DNA of 64,000 bases. It comes from Podarcis erhardii (lineage: Eukaryota). Shown piece by piece: positions 11,896-23,552 of the stretch (its first letter is position 1; the number at the start of each line of letters is the position of its first letter). The translations under genes were made by a program, and so were the position numbers. A model generated the notes under the pieces. It was not told the DNA's origin and made no database searches. It saw only the letters and a program-made list of their open reading frames with translations. The DNA lies in assembly GCA_964252035.1 (NCBI GenBank), contig OZ176205.1. One strand, given 5' to 3'.

Positions 11896-13744
11896 TTTTT
11901 TTTTTTAATAATTTTTTTATTAGGTTTTCACATTTTTTAAAGACACACACACACACAAAACAAAAACAAAAACAAAACATGTATATTTTCATACCCTTAC
12001 TTTCTTTACCCCCTTTCCCTGACTTCCCCCCACCCCCTCTTCATACATCCCAATTCCGATAATTAATTCAGCAAGTTCTTGTCTCTCATACTTAACATAT
12101 TATTGTTATTTTTAAACTTAGCTCTTTTTACTTATCCACATTTAACTTATCCAATTCTCTTATAAACATTAAATCCTTTTTCTAAGGTCGACCTAATTTC
12201 CCTTCCACGAATTTCTCCCTTTATATATTAATTAATTATATGTCATAATAGCCAAATACAAAAATCATAAAATTTTGAAATTCTATTCTCCCCTCCCTCC
12301 CTACCCCGGTTTCCATCCCTTCCCAAGCAAATGTCCACAAAAACAGTTCCTAGCCCGGATTCCTCACATCCGAGGCCTTCAAATCTCTGTCAGTCTCTCT
12401 CTGTCAATTTTGTTGGTAACCCTTTTTGTTGGTCCTCAGGTTTCGAAGGAGTTCTGTCACAGTCACATCAAATTTTCTTCCATCCAAGATGCTTAAAAGC
12501 AGTTGCTGCAAAAGGTCAGCTGTTCTCCCATACTCAAAGAGGAAGTCCCAATCATATTTATTTATTCTTTTAAATTCCAGTATTCCAGGTACTCCAGGGA
12601 CTTCCTCCTTCATCTTTCTCATCTTTCGCAGATTTATAATCCGAAGATCTTCTTCTTTATTTCCTGACAATATAGGCTTCTGATTGGTATTTTCCTGTAC
12701 TTTCTCCACTCCTTCTTTCCTCTCCACCAGTTCCAAAAATGTCTCTTCTGGTTCAGCTGCAGATTTTTTATCAGTCAAATCCTTTATACATTCAGCAGAG
12801 TTGTTTGTTTTAGAATTCAAGGTCATAAATTCTTTGTTCATAGCCACACTCTGCTCTTGCAAGATTCCCACGAGAAAAAACATTTTTTCTATCTCTGCCA
12901 GTAATTTTCCCTCTGCAGCCATTGTGATGTCTCTAGTTCCCCCTAGGGGGACTCCAATTGCTTGATAGTCCTTTTCCAACAATCCGTTACTTTGTTATTG
13001 ATAACTACGTTGTTTCCAACCACCTCAATTCAAATGTAACACTTTTAATTCAGAGAGTTATTAAGTAACACAGTTCTTGACTTTAACCGCCCGTTTGACA
13101 GCTCCTTTGACAGCTGTCAAACTCCTTATTCTTTTTCCTCCGGCTCGCGCGCAGGACGCTCCCGGGTTCGGGGGGGATGATTTACACAAAAGCTTCCAAA
13201 ATTCCTCACTTTCTCTCCAGCACAAAGACTTCTTCTGTCAAATTCATGGAAATATCTTTTATCTAACACCAAAAACAGTAATCTCCACCTTAATTCTCCG
13301 ATCCTTGCTTTAGATCGTTTGTAGGTAGGGGGGGTGCGGACTTCCCTTTAGCACATCCCCCGGTTGTACCGAATTCAAAGGTATAAATTTTAAAGTCCAG
13401 ATTCCATTCTACTTACGGGTTGTTTGTTTTCCAGTCCAAATTTTGGGAAAAAAGTCAGCGCTCTCTGGCCATGGCTCGCGGCTTCGCTCCACTGAAGTAG
13501 CGGTCTACTCACAGCACCACGCCGCTCCCCGTACCCTCTCCGTAGCCTTTAAAAAGGCTCTTCGTGGGTCGGGGAAGGCGCTTAAAGGTGCCCGCCGAGT
13601 CACCAAGTCCGCAGGCTTCCGCGCCTGCGGTTTCTAAGGGTCCCCGCGTCGCCGGCGCGGTAAGACCCGTCTTCAGCAGAGCCGATTCCCTCCGGAGCTT
13701 GGAGGGAATCCGCCATTAGCCGATCGCGCCAACCCGGAAGTGCC
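11896..13744 (-). mobile_element. Non-autonomous L1-type element lacking ORF2 (HAL1-like)
   Basis: PolyT at 11896; CpG-rich 5' end starting GGCACTTCCGGG on the minus strand; 16-bp TSD cagctgtgtcagtttc at 11880-11895 and 13745-13760; a single 172-aa K/E-rich ORF. Confidence 0.8.
12404..12922 (-). CDS. Short coiled-coil ORF (ORF1-like, 172 aa) inside the HAL1-like element
   Basis: ATG in good context (acaATGG) at 12922. MAAEGKLLAEIEKMFFLVGILQEQSVAMNKEF... is K/E-rich and uninterrupted; no RT or EN motifs. Confidence 0.5.
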   Translation of the reverse strand: MAAEGKLLAEIEKMFFLVGILQEQSVAMNKEFMTLNSKTNNSAECIKDLTDKKSAAEPEETFLELVERKEGVEKVQENTNQKPILSGNKEEDLRIINLRKMRKMKEEVPGVPGILEFKRINKYDWDFLFEYGRTADLLQQLLLSILDGRKFDVTVTELLRNLRTNKKGYQQN

Positions 13745-15633
13745 CAGCTGTGTCAGTTTCTATTAAGCTAGGAAAATCCTCATCAGCTCCAATCATCTGG
13801 TGAGGGAAAGTCTGAACAAAGAGGTATGAAGGGCATGAAGCAATCTTGTCCTATACATCCATCTTTGCACCATATTTTAGTTATTTTTTTAAAAATGAAA
13901 ATGCTTGGATCACTTTTCTGTAGAAAATGTGCAGCATGGTGTACCGTGAAACAGCAGAGAATATGAAAACTCTCATCCCACACAATATTTACTATATTTT
14001 GTTATTATTATTTGTTTCATTTCTATACAGCTTTATGTTTTTAAGGAAAAAATAGTTTGATTTTTTGCTTTCGTTCTTGCATTAGACTTCAGTTTTACAC
14101 TATAAGAATAATTAAGGGGCTGTGTCCAATGTTAGTTCTTCTTAACCTCTGCTTAAAAACTGCCAACTAATTTTAATCCATTAATTTTAATGCACCTACT
14201 CTGAGTAAAACTAACATTGGACACAACCCAATGTCTTTTAAACCTCTGGTTTAAATCCCCCGTTTTAAAATGCTTTGTACTCATTGACAGTTACCCTTGA
14301 TTTCCTTTGCCCCTCATCAGCAAAAGACAAGCTGAACCCAAAGGCCAGAATACAGGCTATAAAGCAGCCTTCCCTTGGTTCTCTCCAGATGTTGTCAAAC
14401 TACAGCTACCATCATCCCACCCTAACCTTTGGCCATGCTGGCCACAGCTGATGTGAGTGGGGGTCCAACCGAATCCGCAGGACATCATCATTATTATTAT
14501 TTGTTCATTTCTATACAGCTTTATGTTTTTAAGGAAAAAAATAGTTGGATCTTTACAGAAGCAGATTTTAAAATTGTTTGTGTGTTTCCTGCCTGGGGTT
14601 CATTTGGTAACAAGGGTGTGGTATAAATTAAACAAACAAACAAACATTTTGTTTCCTACAAATTGGGGCCTTCAGGGCAGCATTGCCTTACTGTTAATTT
14701 TAACCTACAAAGGTTTACTTGTTATTGTGAACACAAAATTATAGACACCAGAAGAAGTCAGAATTTAAACAATGTATGATTTGACCCTCTATAAGAAGTC
14801 CTTTAAAAGAAGTTGTGAGCAGACAAGATAACTATGTTATTGGGTGGCCAATATAAATACTGCAAATGAATAAATTTTAAAGGAAATAAAATTGTACAGC
14901 AAATTGTACAACCCCCTAACCATCTGCTTTTGCTGAAGGCTGGTTGCTCTTTATGCTGAAATAGTTATCAGATTAGTGCTGCTTCCTAAATATGTCTAAT
15001 CTCATTTGATTCAAGCAACCAGGAGTGAAAGACCAATCTAGCAAATGTACATTTCCTGGACAAAGCTTATTTAGCAATTTATCATGATAGCTTCACCATT
15101 TAATTGGCTAAGAGGAATGAGTGGGAACTGAACTGGGTGACAGAATCAGAAGTTCTTAAGTTTTGATCTGAAAAGCACCTGCTATGTTTCTATCTGCAGT
15201 ACTGTCTATCTGCACAAACAGTAGGGATAGTTTGTGCAGAGGGCTGACGTAAGACCCACAAAATGCCCCCTGCCAGGGAAGAATGAGTATGCAAAGATCT
15301 ACTACATCAGGAACAAGGGTGGGAGGAGATAAGCAGTGTCTTCCGAGAGATGGTTTTAGAGGTAGCATTGGGAGGGCAGCTGCTGAGGCAGTGGCAGATC
15401 TAAAGATTTGCATTCCTTGGCAGATCTGCATTTCTTGGACGCCAGATCTGCTGCTCCTGTGGAACTTACCACCTGAGGTGGTCACCTTGCCTTGCCTCAT
15501 GGGTGGGCTGGCCCTGTTTGTGCATAACTATGCATGTCAACCATGTAAGAACAAGGGAATTTAGGGGCATTGCAAACATTATACAGAGACAAGTGTGGGT
15601 TTGCCACCAAGTTACCCAGTGCTCCTTGACAAG

Positions 15634-15780
15634 CAGTGGCGTAGCGTGGGGGGTGCAGGGGGGGCTGGCCGCACCGGGCGCAATATCTGGGGGTTAGGGT
15701 TAGGGGGTGCAAATCCATGGGGTAGGGGGCGCAAATTACTTGCCTTGCCCCGGGTGCTGACAACCCACGCTACGCCACTG
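15634..15780. mobile_element. hAT MITE
   Basis: TIR cagtggcgtagcgtggg; perfect 8-bp TSD ttgacaag. Confidence 0.85.
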
Positions 15781-16492
15781 TTGACAAGTGCACTTGTATG
15801 ACACACGTATTTGCAAACACATGTTGTCACATTACCACTTAACAACTTTAGGTGTATCTTTAAGACGCTTTCCCAGTATGTGCCTAAGAAATCTACAATG
15901 CAATCTGATACATGCTTCCTCAGAAGCAAGCCCCGTTGAGTTCAATGGGACTCACTGCCAGGGATAGAAAAGCTGTGGTATTCCAGATATTATAGGACTA
16001 CAGCTCCTATAACGCCTGACCATTTTCCATTCTGGCTGGGTCTGATGGGAGTCGGAGTCCAACAACATCTGGTGAGCCACTGGTTCCCCATCCTGACTGC
16101 GCACGATTGCAGCCTTCATGCTCGAACTATGTGTACTTCTTACAGCGTTGCTTCATCAAGAGATGGGCATTTCTTTTGTTCGGTCTTTCTCCTTGCTGTG
16201 AAGTTACAAGAGCCACTGTGTACTTTCCTATGTATTTAGGAAAATTCCAGGAAGCATGAGATCATGGATAGCTTCTGAGATCTTTTCATAGTTCAGAGGA
16301 AACTAGCACTAGCAAGAACACTCCATGGAAAACATACTACCAGCTTGTAAAATGCAAGCCATTTGAAACAAAGCAGTTAGTTTGTCAAGATGACACCTTG
16401 CTTAGATTCAAGAGACAAGGTTAGTCCCTAGGCTCCTGGAATTTTGCATAGACCTTTCATACTGTATGGTGGTATTCAGGTTCCCTGACATA

Positions 16493-16860
16493 CCGTGGTA
16501 TCTCTGGTTAAGTACTTAATTCATTCCGGAGGTCCATACTTAACCTGAAACTGTTCTTAACCCGAAGCACCACTTTAGATAATGGGGCCTCCTGCTGCTG
16601 CTGCGCTGCTGGAGCACAATTTTTGTTCTCATCCTGAAGCAAAGTTCTTAACCTGAATAATTATTTCTGGGTTAGCGGAGTCTATAACCTGAAGCATATG
16701 TAACCTGAAGCGTATGTAACCCGAGATACCACTGTATTTATCTTTTGGGGAATTTGATCCTTACTGAACATGGTGAGGTAGAGTTATATTGTACCATAAC
16801 AGTAATTTCTGCGTTAGCGGAGTCTGTAACCTGAAGCGTCTGTAACCTGAGGTACCACTG
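16493..16860 (-). mobile_element. Tigger-like MITE (16493-16734) plus a second terminal fragment (16801-16860)
   Basis: Reverse-complement copies of the 4632 family, each ending ccactg|ta. Confidence 0.8.
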
Positions 16861-18442
16861 TACTCAAAGCAATGTACCAGTTGAGATTTCCAGACATCTC
16901 CTTTGCTGACGGTGTGGGGATCCTTGTAGGTTTTGCTTTTATTATGGCATCTTGAAGCATAATACAAATGCAAAATTCTAAGGCCATATGCACAGAGAGG
17001 TGGTATCACCACCCCAATAGCAATTCATCTTAGGACAAGAAAAGTTTTACAGCCTGCCTCCTAATTAGGAAATATTTTAGTCAGTATTTTATGAGGACCT
17101 ATCCTTGGTACCATCTTCTTATGCTCTGGAAACTTCATTTCTTTCTGCTTTTGCACTGGCCCTGGACAGCTAAGTCCAGTTTCTGTTCAGTTGTTTCATC
17201 TCTAAGGAGGGAGAAAATGGAGCCTTTTCTGTTTTGAGCCTCTGAAGGCAGCATGACAATAGACAACACTTCACTGCTATCTTGAATTAATAAAAACATT
17301 TTTGCTAGTTCTTTCTGCATTTTGTATATTACAAAACAACATGCTTTTTCCTTCATTGCTTTGGAAGCTGAATGTGCAAAGGATATGAGCTCAGATTTGA
17401 CTCTAAGGCAACACAGTCTTGGCAATTATACCAGAAGGGTCTGAAAAGCAGTAGGTCTCATACATGGCATTTGTATGTTCTGGCCTATAAGTGGGCTGCA
17501 TTCTGTCATGGAAGGCTTGGAGGACATTTCCTCAAGATGACAGACAAGGACTCTTTTATCACAGAATAGAAACAGGAAAGCATACCTTCGCCAGTAAGTT
17601 AGTGGATTTTCAATGCTGTGCTCCTGGGGCTCCTCAAGGGCATATTGTGGTTCCTCTAGGAGCAGATACATAACAGCAGACAACTCTTCCGGAAAGACAA
17701 TTTGCACACCACTTCTGATCATCCCAAAAGAGTGGAACCACAAGGGAGTGTTGGTTGTTCTCGGGTAGACTCCCATGAAGGGGTGTAACAAAGCTCTGAT
17801 GCCCCCTGCAAACTAAGTGGACCCTTTAGGACTTTCTACAGAATTCTCTGTGCTGTGTGGGTGGTTCCAGGGCAAGGTGCACGGGGGGGGGGGCACATCT
17901 CAGGAGAAATAACCTAGTTCAGTGGTAGAGCGGATGCTTGCTTGTATGCAGAAGATGCCAGTTTCAATCCCTGCTGTCTCCAGTTAGAGGCTGCAGGTAA
18001 CGTTGAATATTTTTCTCTGCTCGCAATTCTGGGAGAGCCAGTAACAAAGAAGACCCTTTGAGAGAAGCGGTCTCAGCAGGTGGAAGTCTGTTTCCTCTGT
18101 TCCTCAGCAGACAAACTGGTGTGGCATGTGGAAAGGGAGTGATTTTGTTGTGCATGTAATATTACTTTTTCCTGCCTTCTGGCTACCACACTTGGTTCAT
18201 CTGAAATGAGGAGACAATTGTTTGCAATGCTTTAGTCATCTATAATCCTCTCCAAAGCTCCCTAAAGGCAAAGGGAGGTTTTCCTCTTAAGCTTCAGTAG
18301 CCTTTGAAATACATTCCTGGGTGTTAAAATAATTTATTCTAAGGGAACTTTGGACTGCAGATGTTGCTGAATGGTTTTGTGGTGTGCGAAGAACGGATGA
18401 GGGAGGGATGCAACCATCTACCCTGTATGATTGGTATGGGGG

Positions 18443-18525
18443 GAGGAGGAGGAGGAGAAGAAGAAGAAGAAGAGGAGGAGGAGGAGGAGGAGGAGGAGGA
18501 GGAGGAGGCGGCGTAGTAGTAGTAG
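18443..18525. repeat. Compound microsatellite (AGG)n/(AAG)n/(TAG)n
   Basis: Directly visible trinucleotide runs. Confidence 0.95.
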
Positions 18526-18736
18526 TTTGGATTTGATATCCCGCTTTATCACTACCCGAAGGAGTCTCAAAGCGGCTAACATTCTCCTTTCCCTTCCTCC
18601 CCCACAACAAACACTCTGTGAGGTGAGTGGGGCTGAGAGACTTCAGAGAAGTGTGACTTGCCCAAGGTCACCCAGCAGCTGCATGTGGACACCAGATTAC
18701 GAGTCTACCGCTCTTAACCACTACACCACACTGGCT
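18526..18736 (-). mobile_element. tRNA-derived squamate SINE (Squam3-like)
   Basis: Reverse complement of the 40952-41189 copy with an internal deletion; adjacent (AGG)n/(AAG)n run. Confidence 0.85.
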
Positions 18737-21700
18737 GGGAGACCCCCAAAGGTTACCCACGAAATCTTCTAAGCTCTTTGACCTTTGTCCTGATCTTTTC
18801 TTCAGATACTGATTTTAAAAATGTAAAGGCTTAGGTTGTCCTCTTTCTTGAGAACAGACGGAGGGCAAAAATATGAATCATTACACCAGCTTTCAGGCTC
18901 CTTCACAAAGGTAGTCGCTGAGCTAAAAACCATCAGTTAGCACAGGGACGTGTCCAGGCAAAGTTCTTGCTAAACCGATTCCTGCACTCTTCCTAACCCT
19001 GAACCGTTCACACTCAAAATCTCTGGCTTACAAGACATCCTGAAAGGCCACTCAGACCTACCCTCAAACCCAGAGCAATAGTTTGAATCCAAACCAGAAT
19101 TTCAAATTCACTTTGCCCAATCTGGATGTCACAGCAAACTATGGTTAGCACAAACTAGGCAGTGAGAGGGGGAATTGGAGCAGGGAAGAGAAAGAGGGTG
19201 GAAGGAAGAAGCAGGCAAGTCCAAAGCAGATTCATAACAGCAGGTTGAAATCCCCCTCCACCACGTATAATATAACCTATGGCATTTATTCCATAAGTGG
19301 GGCTGTATCACAAATATTTTCATATTTTTTTTGTGGGGGGCATAATTTGAGTCTTGAAGTGTGATGAAAGGATGCACCCAATTAGACAGAGGGAGGTGGC
19401 CACTTCAGGCAGATTTTTGGTATTATGAAAAGGAAGCTAATAAGAATATTTATTCATTTCAAAAAATTCACACTACTTGATTGTTAAAAGAAAACCTCAG
19501 AATGCTTTACAAAAGGGATAACAACAACTGCCAGTAAGGAGGAAAGGTCCTTGTGGCCATATCTGCCTCAGATGTCAAAACAACTTGACTAGTCTTGGGT
19601 GCTGTGCATATTTTCAACTAAGTTTTCCTCAGAGTAGATCCATTAAAATGAATGGACCCAACTTAGGCTTTGTACACATTACCATTTACATATTACTGAT
19701 GTCTGAAGTACACATGATGTTAGCCAGAATTCATCTGTATCCTGTAGCTTCTTGAGTAACACTCCTGCTGGATGCACTTTCCCTCAAACCAGCTTTAATC
19801 CATCTGTTTAGAAAACAGAAGCTGCAGTATTCAGCGCAGGGATGAAAGAATGCGTATCAGGTGAAGACTGCCCTCCACCCTGGTTTGCATAGGAACATAA
19901 GAAAGCAACTTGAAATGCAGTTGGGGGAAATGACCTCACTGTATTTCAAGCCACTAACATGTACTTAGTTTTCTGTCACATAACACTCTGTTCCAGTGGT
20001 TCCACAGCGAACCCAAAGAGGCAGCATCTCCTTCTCTCAGCACCTCACCTTTCTCCTATTTTTGCTTGCCACAAGGCTCCTGAGTCTGAGTATTACCTCA
20101 TCCCTAGTATATGTCTGCTTAGTCTGCTCAGGTAGGATAACTCTTTTCTCTACAAATTCCAATTTCCCTTTTTCAAGGGTAGTTTTCCATTAGGGAGAGG
20201 AAGCCCTAGCTGTGTAAAACTGGTTAGGAAACAGAGCTTTTGAACCTCTATTTTGCTTGATTCTTTATCCTTACACCCCCTTTTCAAAGGAAAATCCCGG
20301 GCTATCTGTGTTTCAGGCCTGGTTACCTTGACACACACACAGCAAGGTTGCTGTTTTAAAGTTAACAATCCCAGTTCCAATCCAGCAGCACAACTGATTT
20401 CCAAGACAGGAAAATGGCTCAGGTTTTGGGCTGGGGGGGGGCTTTCACCACCAGCGTTTGCCACTTGAAGCAGTTGCCTCACTCTGCCTGACAGGCCCTG
20501 ACACAAACCGCTAGCAGGCCATTTCCAGCATGCTACAATATCCGCCCTCCCTTCCCCACAGGTGGGCGGGGTTTGCGGCACCAAGCGAGGCTCACCTGGG
20601 CGGGTGCCACCTACCTGCTTGAGCTGGCCTTTGACCCGCCCTCGGCCAGGGAGGACAATGGATGGCCGGCCGGGGGTGGGCCTAAGGCCAAAAGAAAAGA
20701 GGCTCACCCCTGAGCTCAAGCCTCTTTTGCTGTTCTTCCTTCTGGGATCACCCACCCACCCTCCCTCAATTAATATTTCTTGCCTTTTAATTTCAGCTTA
20801 GGTCGGCGTTCTTCAATTTAACAATTTCTTCTTTACAGGCTAATATTTTGCATTCCAGGTCAACGGGCGCTGCTGCGGTCGTAAGATGGTTGCTGTATTC
20901 AGAACCGGGAAGGAATTTTCCCTGCATTGGCAGGTTTCGCCTTCCCCGTAGCAATTTCGTCACAACTTTGGCGGTTTTAGGCCTTGGCAAAGTAGCCTTT
21001 AGTCTAACATCAAGTTGGGGGGGATGCATTCATGCTCCCTCCCCATGTGGCGGTGCGTGCAGGGCCTGTTAAAGGGCAAACCGGGAGTCCCTGGCCCTAG
21101 AGCGGCGGCATGTAGGTCAAACTCCCCGGACGAGGTCAGTGGAAGGGCATGCTGTGTAAGTTTGCGCTTTGCAGTCCCCTCTCACTGGGCCTCAACTGCC
21201 TGCATAACCTCAGCCAGGCGGGCTGAGAGGGTTACCTGCCAAGGCCTGTGCCAAGTTTCCCACTTCTGAAGTTCAATAAAATTGTGGCCAATTTGAACCC
21301 ATACTCTGGTCTCTTGTGTCATCATTTGGGAAAAGGGGGTAGGCACCACAGACAGGGTTTAGCGCGTGTGCCCGCAAATACTCATCTGAGCTTGAAGAAC
21401 AATGGTGAGTCTTCTAGCAGATTTCCTGCCCAACAGGAGACACCTAAGTTCCAGCTGGGGGTGAGATGAGATGACTTAACTGTGTTGTTTTAATGATAGA
21501 GCTTTGAGAATATCACCAGGAAACCAAAATGTGTAGCAGCAAAGAGTCATGTTCGTACATGACTGAGGGGGGAGTTCGCCCGGTGGAGGGGCGAACGGGC
21601 AACTTCTAACACAATACCTTCGTAAGAAGCACTTCTTTATAATAATTGCAGCCTTAATTTTAATTCTGAAGTGGACTTGCTGATCCAAAGGGTGTTTGAA

Positions 21701-22570
21701 ATGCTGAGGCAGTTGCTTGTGAGAGGGTATCATTACCAAAACATGGTCCTGAGTTGTGTTTTACCCTCAAGCTTCTCTGCAGTATATGATCTAGAGAAAC
21801 CGTGGGCATGAGCTGCATATTCAAGTCTGAGAGCAGAGTCTGCTCACCACAGACCATGTGAATTGTATCTTTTCAAGTGGCCAGAGTTTTTGTGTGGCAA
21901 ACAATTTGTCAGGATCGTGGCTAATGGCTCCTGGTTATGGCAGCTCCGCACAATGATTTGAACAAAGTAAGTTTGGGGATTATAAAGTATGAATGGGGTT
22001 ATTGATGGGCTGTTTGGTGAGTTATTTGATATGGCCTCTGCCTACTTGTAAGCAGAAGCTAAAGTACTCGTTCAGGCTGATCTGGGCTATTGTTGAGGAG
22101 GAGCGGGGAACCTCTTGTCTCATTTCAGACTGAAGAGTATGTGTAATGTCTGTGACAGTTTGAGCCCTCAGAGAAACAACTGGTTAAACAGAGTATTCTA
22201 TTCAGATAAAGCGGAGAGATTCATTCAGATGGAAATAGCTTCTGCAAGCTGAATGGTTATGAAGTATAAGTGGAAAGAGCAAACAAAAGGGGAAGCTGCC
22301 TCAGATGGATGCAAATTTTCAGCGCCTCAGCTAATGCAGACAGGCAAGTCTCTTTTGCTTTGAGCAGCACTTTGCTGGTTTGTACCTGCTGAGATCTGAC
22401 CCAGAGGTGTGTTTTTTCCCTTCCTCATGACACTACAATTCCACTGGGGCAAGGCTCGGTGCTTCAGGAAGGCATTTTTTAAAGGAGGCAATTAAACAAT
22501 TGCAGGCCATGTTGTGGAGAAAATGAAACTGCCTGCAGTTGAAATTAAGGTGTGCTATTTCTACGAAGGT

Positions 22571-23066
22571 TGCGCGCCACCCCCAATCTCTGTTGAGTTG
22601 TAGCAAAATTCCAGGGAGTTCCAGGCCGTGTATACGTTGGGAATCAAGACGCAGGGGGGACTTTAAGTAATGTGGTTTATTTTACACTGGAAGCTTTCAA
22701 TGGAGGGAGTGCAGAGTTGATAGCATCCACATCGCAAGAGGGGTTTGTTCCTTACAGTAGGGCAGCATCTAATTCCAAGGCATCTCCGTGTCTCTGTCCC
22801 AGCCTGCCTTCAGCCAGCCTGCGAAGATGGTTCGGACCTTCAGCTGTCGCATGAAATTCTCTCTGCTTCCTTCTTCTTGTTCCCAGAACACCTTGGCTTT
22901 CTGTCTGCTTGCCTCCCTTTCTGTCTGCTTGCCCTGCCCCTTTGCTATGCCAAGTCTAGATTTAAAAGATGACCATTTTCCTGTAACCGTACGTCATCAC
23001 TCTGCATAACCTTGGCAACCTCCATTGCCACAGACTCAAGGATTTTCCTGTGATGGGATATCAACA
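22571..23066 (-). mobile_element. LTR-like repeat, related family
   Basis: ccacccccaatctc...attccagggagttccagg...gtggtttatt resembles the 381-1093 and 23282 copies; TG...CA ends; no TSD found. Confidence 0.45.
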
Positions 23067-23281
23067 CTGTTTGTTATGCTTAACAGCTACTATCCCCAAG
23101 CGAGACCCTGGACTGAAAATGGAGTTTAGCCTGTATTTTTCCACTGGCCTGCATCTTCCTTTCAATACACCAAATATTATCTAAATTCTACCATTTTAAT
23201 AAGTTTTAGCACTGACTAACTTTAGCAATTATGGGTGCCCTTGCAACCCCAAACCCTGTTACCCCAAATCTGTAACAATAT

Positions 23282-23552
23282 TGTTAAACTCCACCCCAAT
23301 CTCCACAGCAGTGGAAGATTCCAGACAGTTTCAGGTGCTTACCAAGTGCTTGTGTTTCCTTTTGGAAAATAATGAGGCACTGATGTCTTTATAATACATG
23401 GTTTATTTACACATATATACAACATGAGCCTACAATGGAAGGGTTCAGAGCATCAGCCTTCCAAGAGGATCTCGAAAGCATGAGATCTTCAAACTTTCTA
23501 CTGCCAGGGTCCACCTGAGATAGCTGAAGATTACCGACGCCCACCAGTTACA
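23282..23552 (-). mobile_element. LTR-like repeat, short copy
   Basis: Homologous to 400-560 (gtttccttttggaaa; tttatttacacatatatacaacatgagcctac). Confidence 0.55.

Noticed and set aside
18431-18772. Poly-Glu/Lys/Arg ORF, and the poly-Pro/Leu ORF on the opposite strand
   Set aside because: Translation of an (AGG)n/(AAG)n microsatellite plus a SINE.
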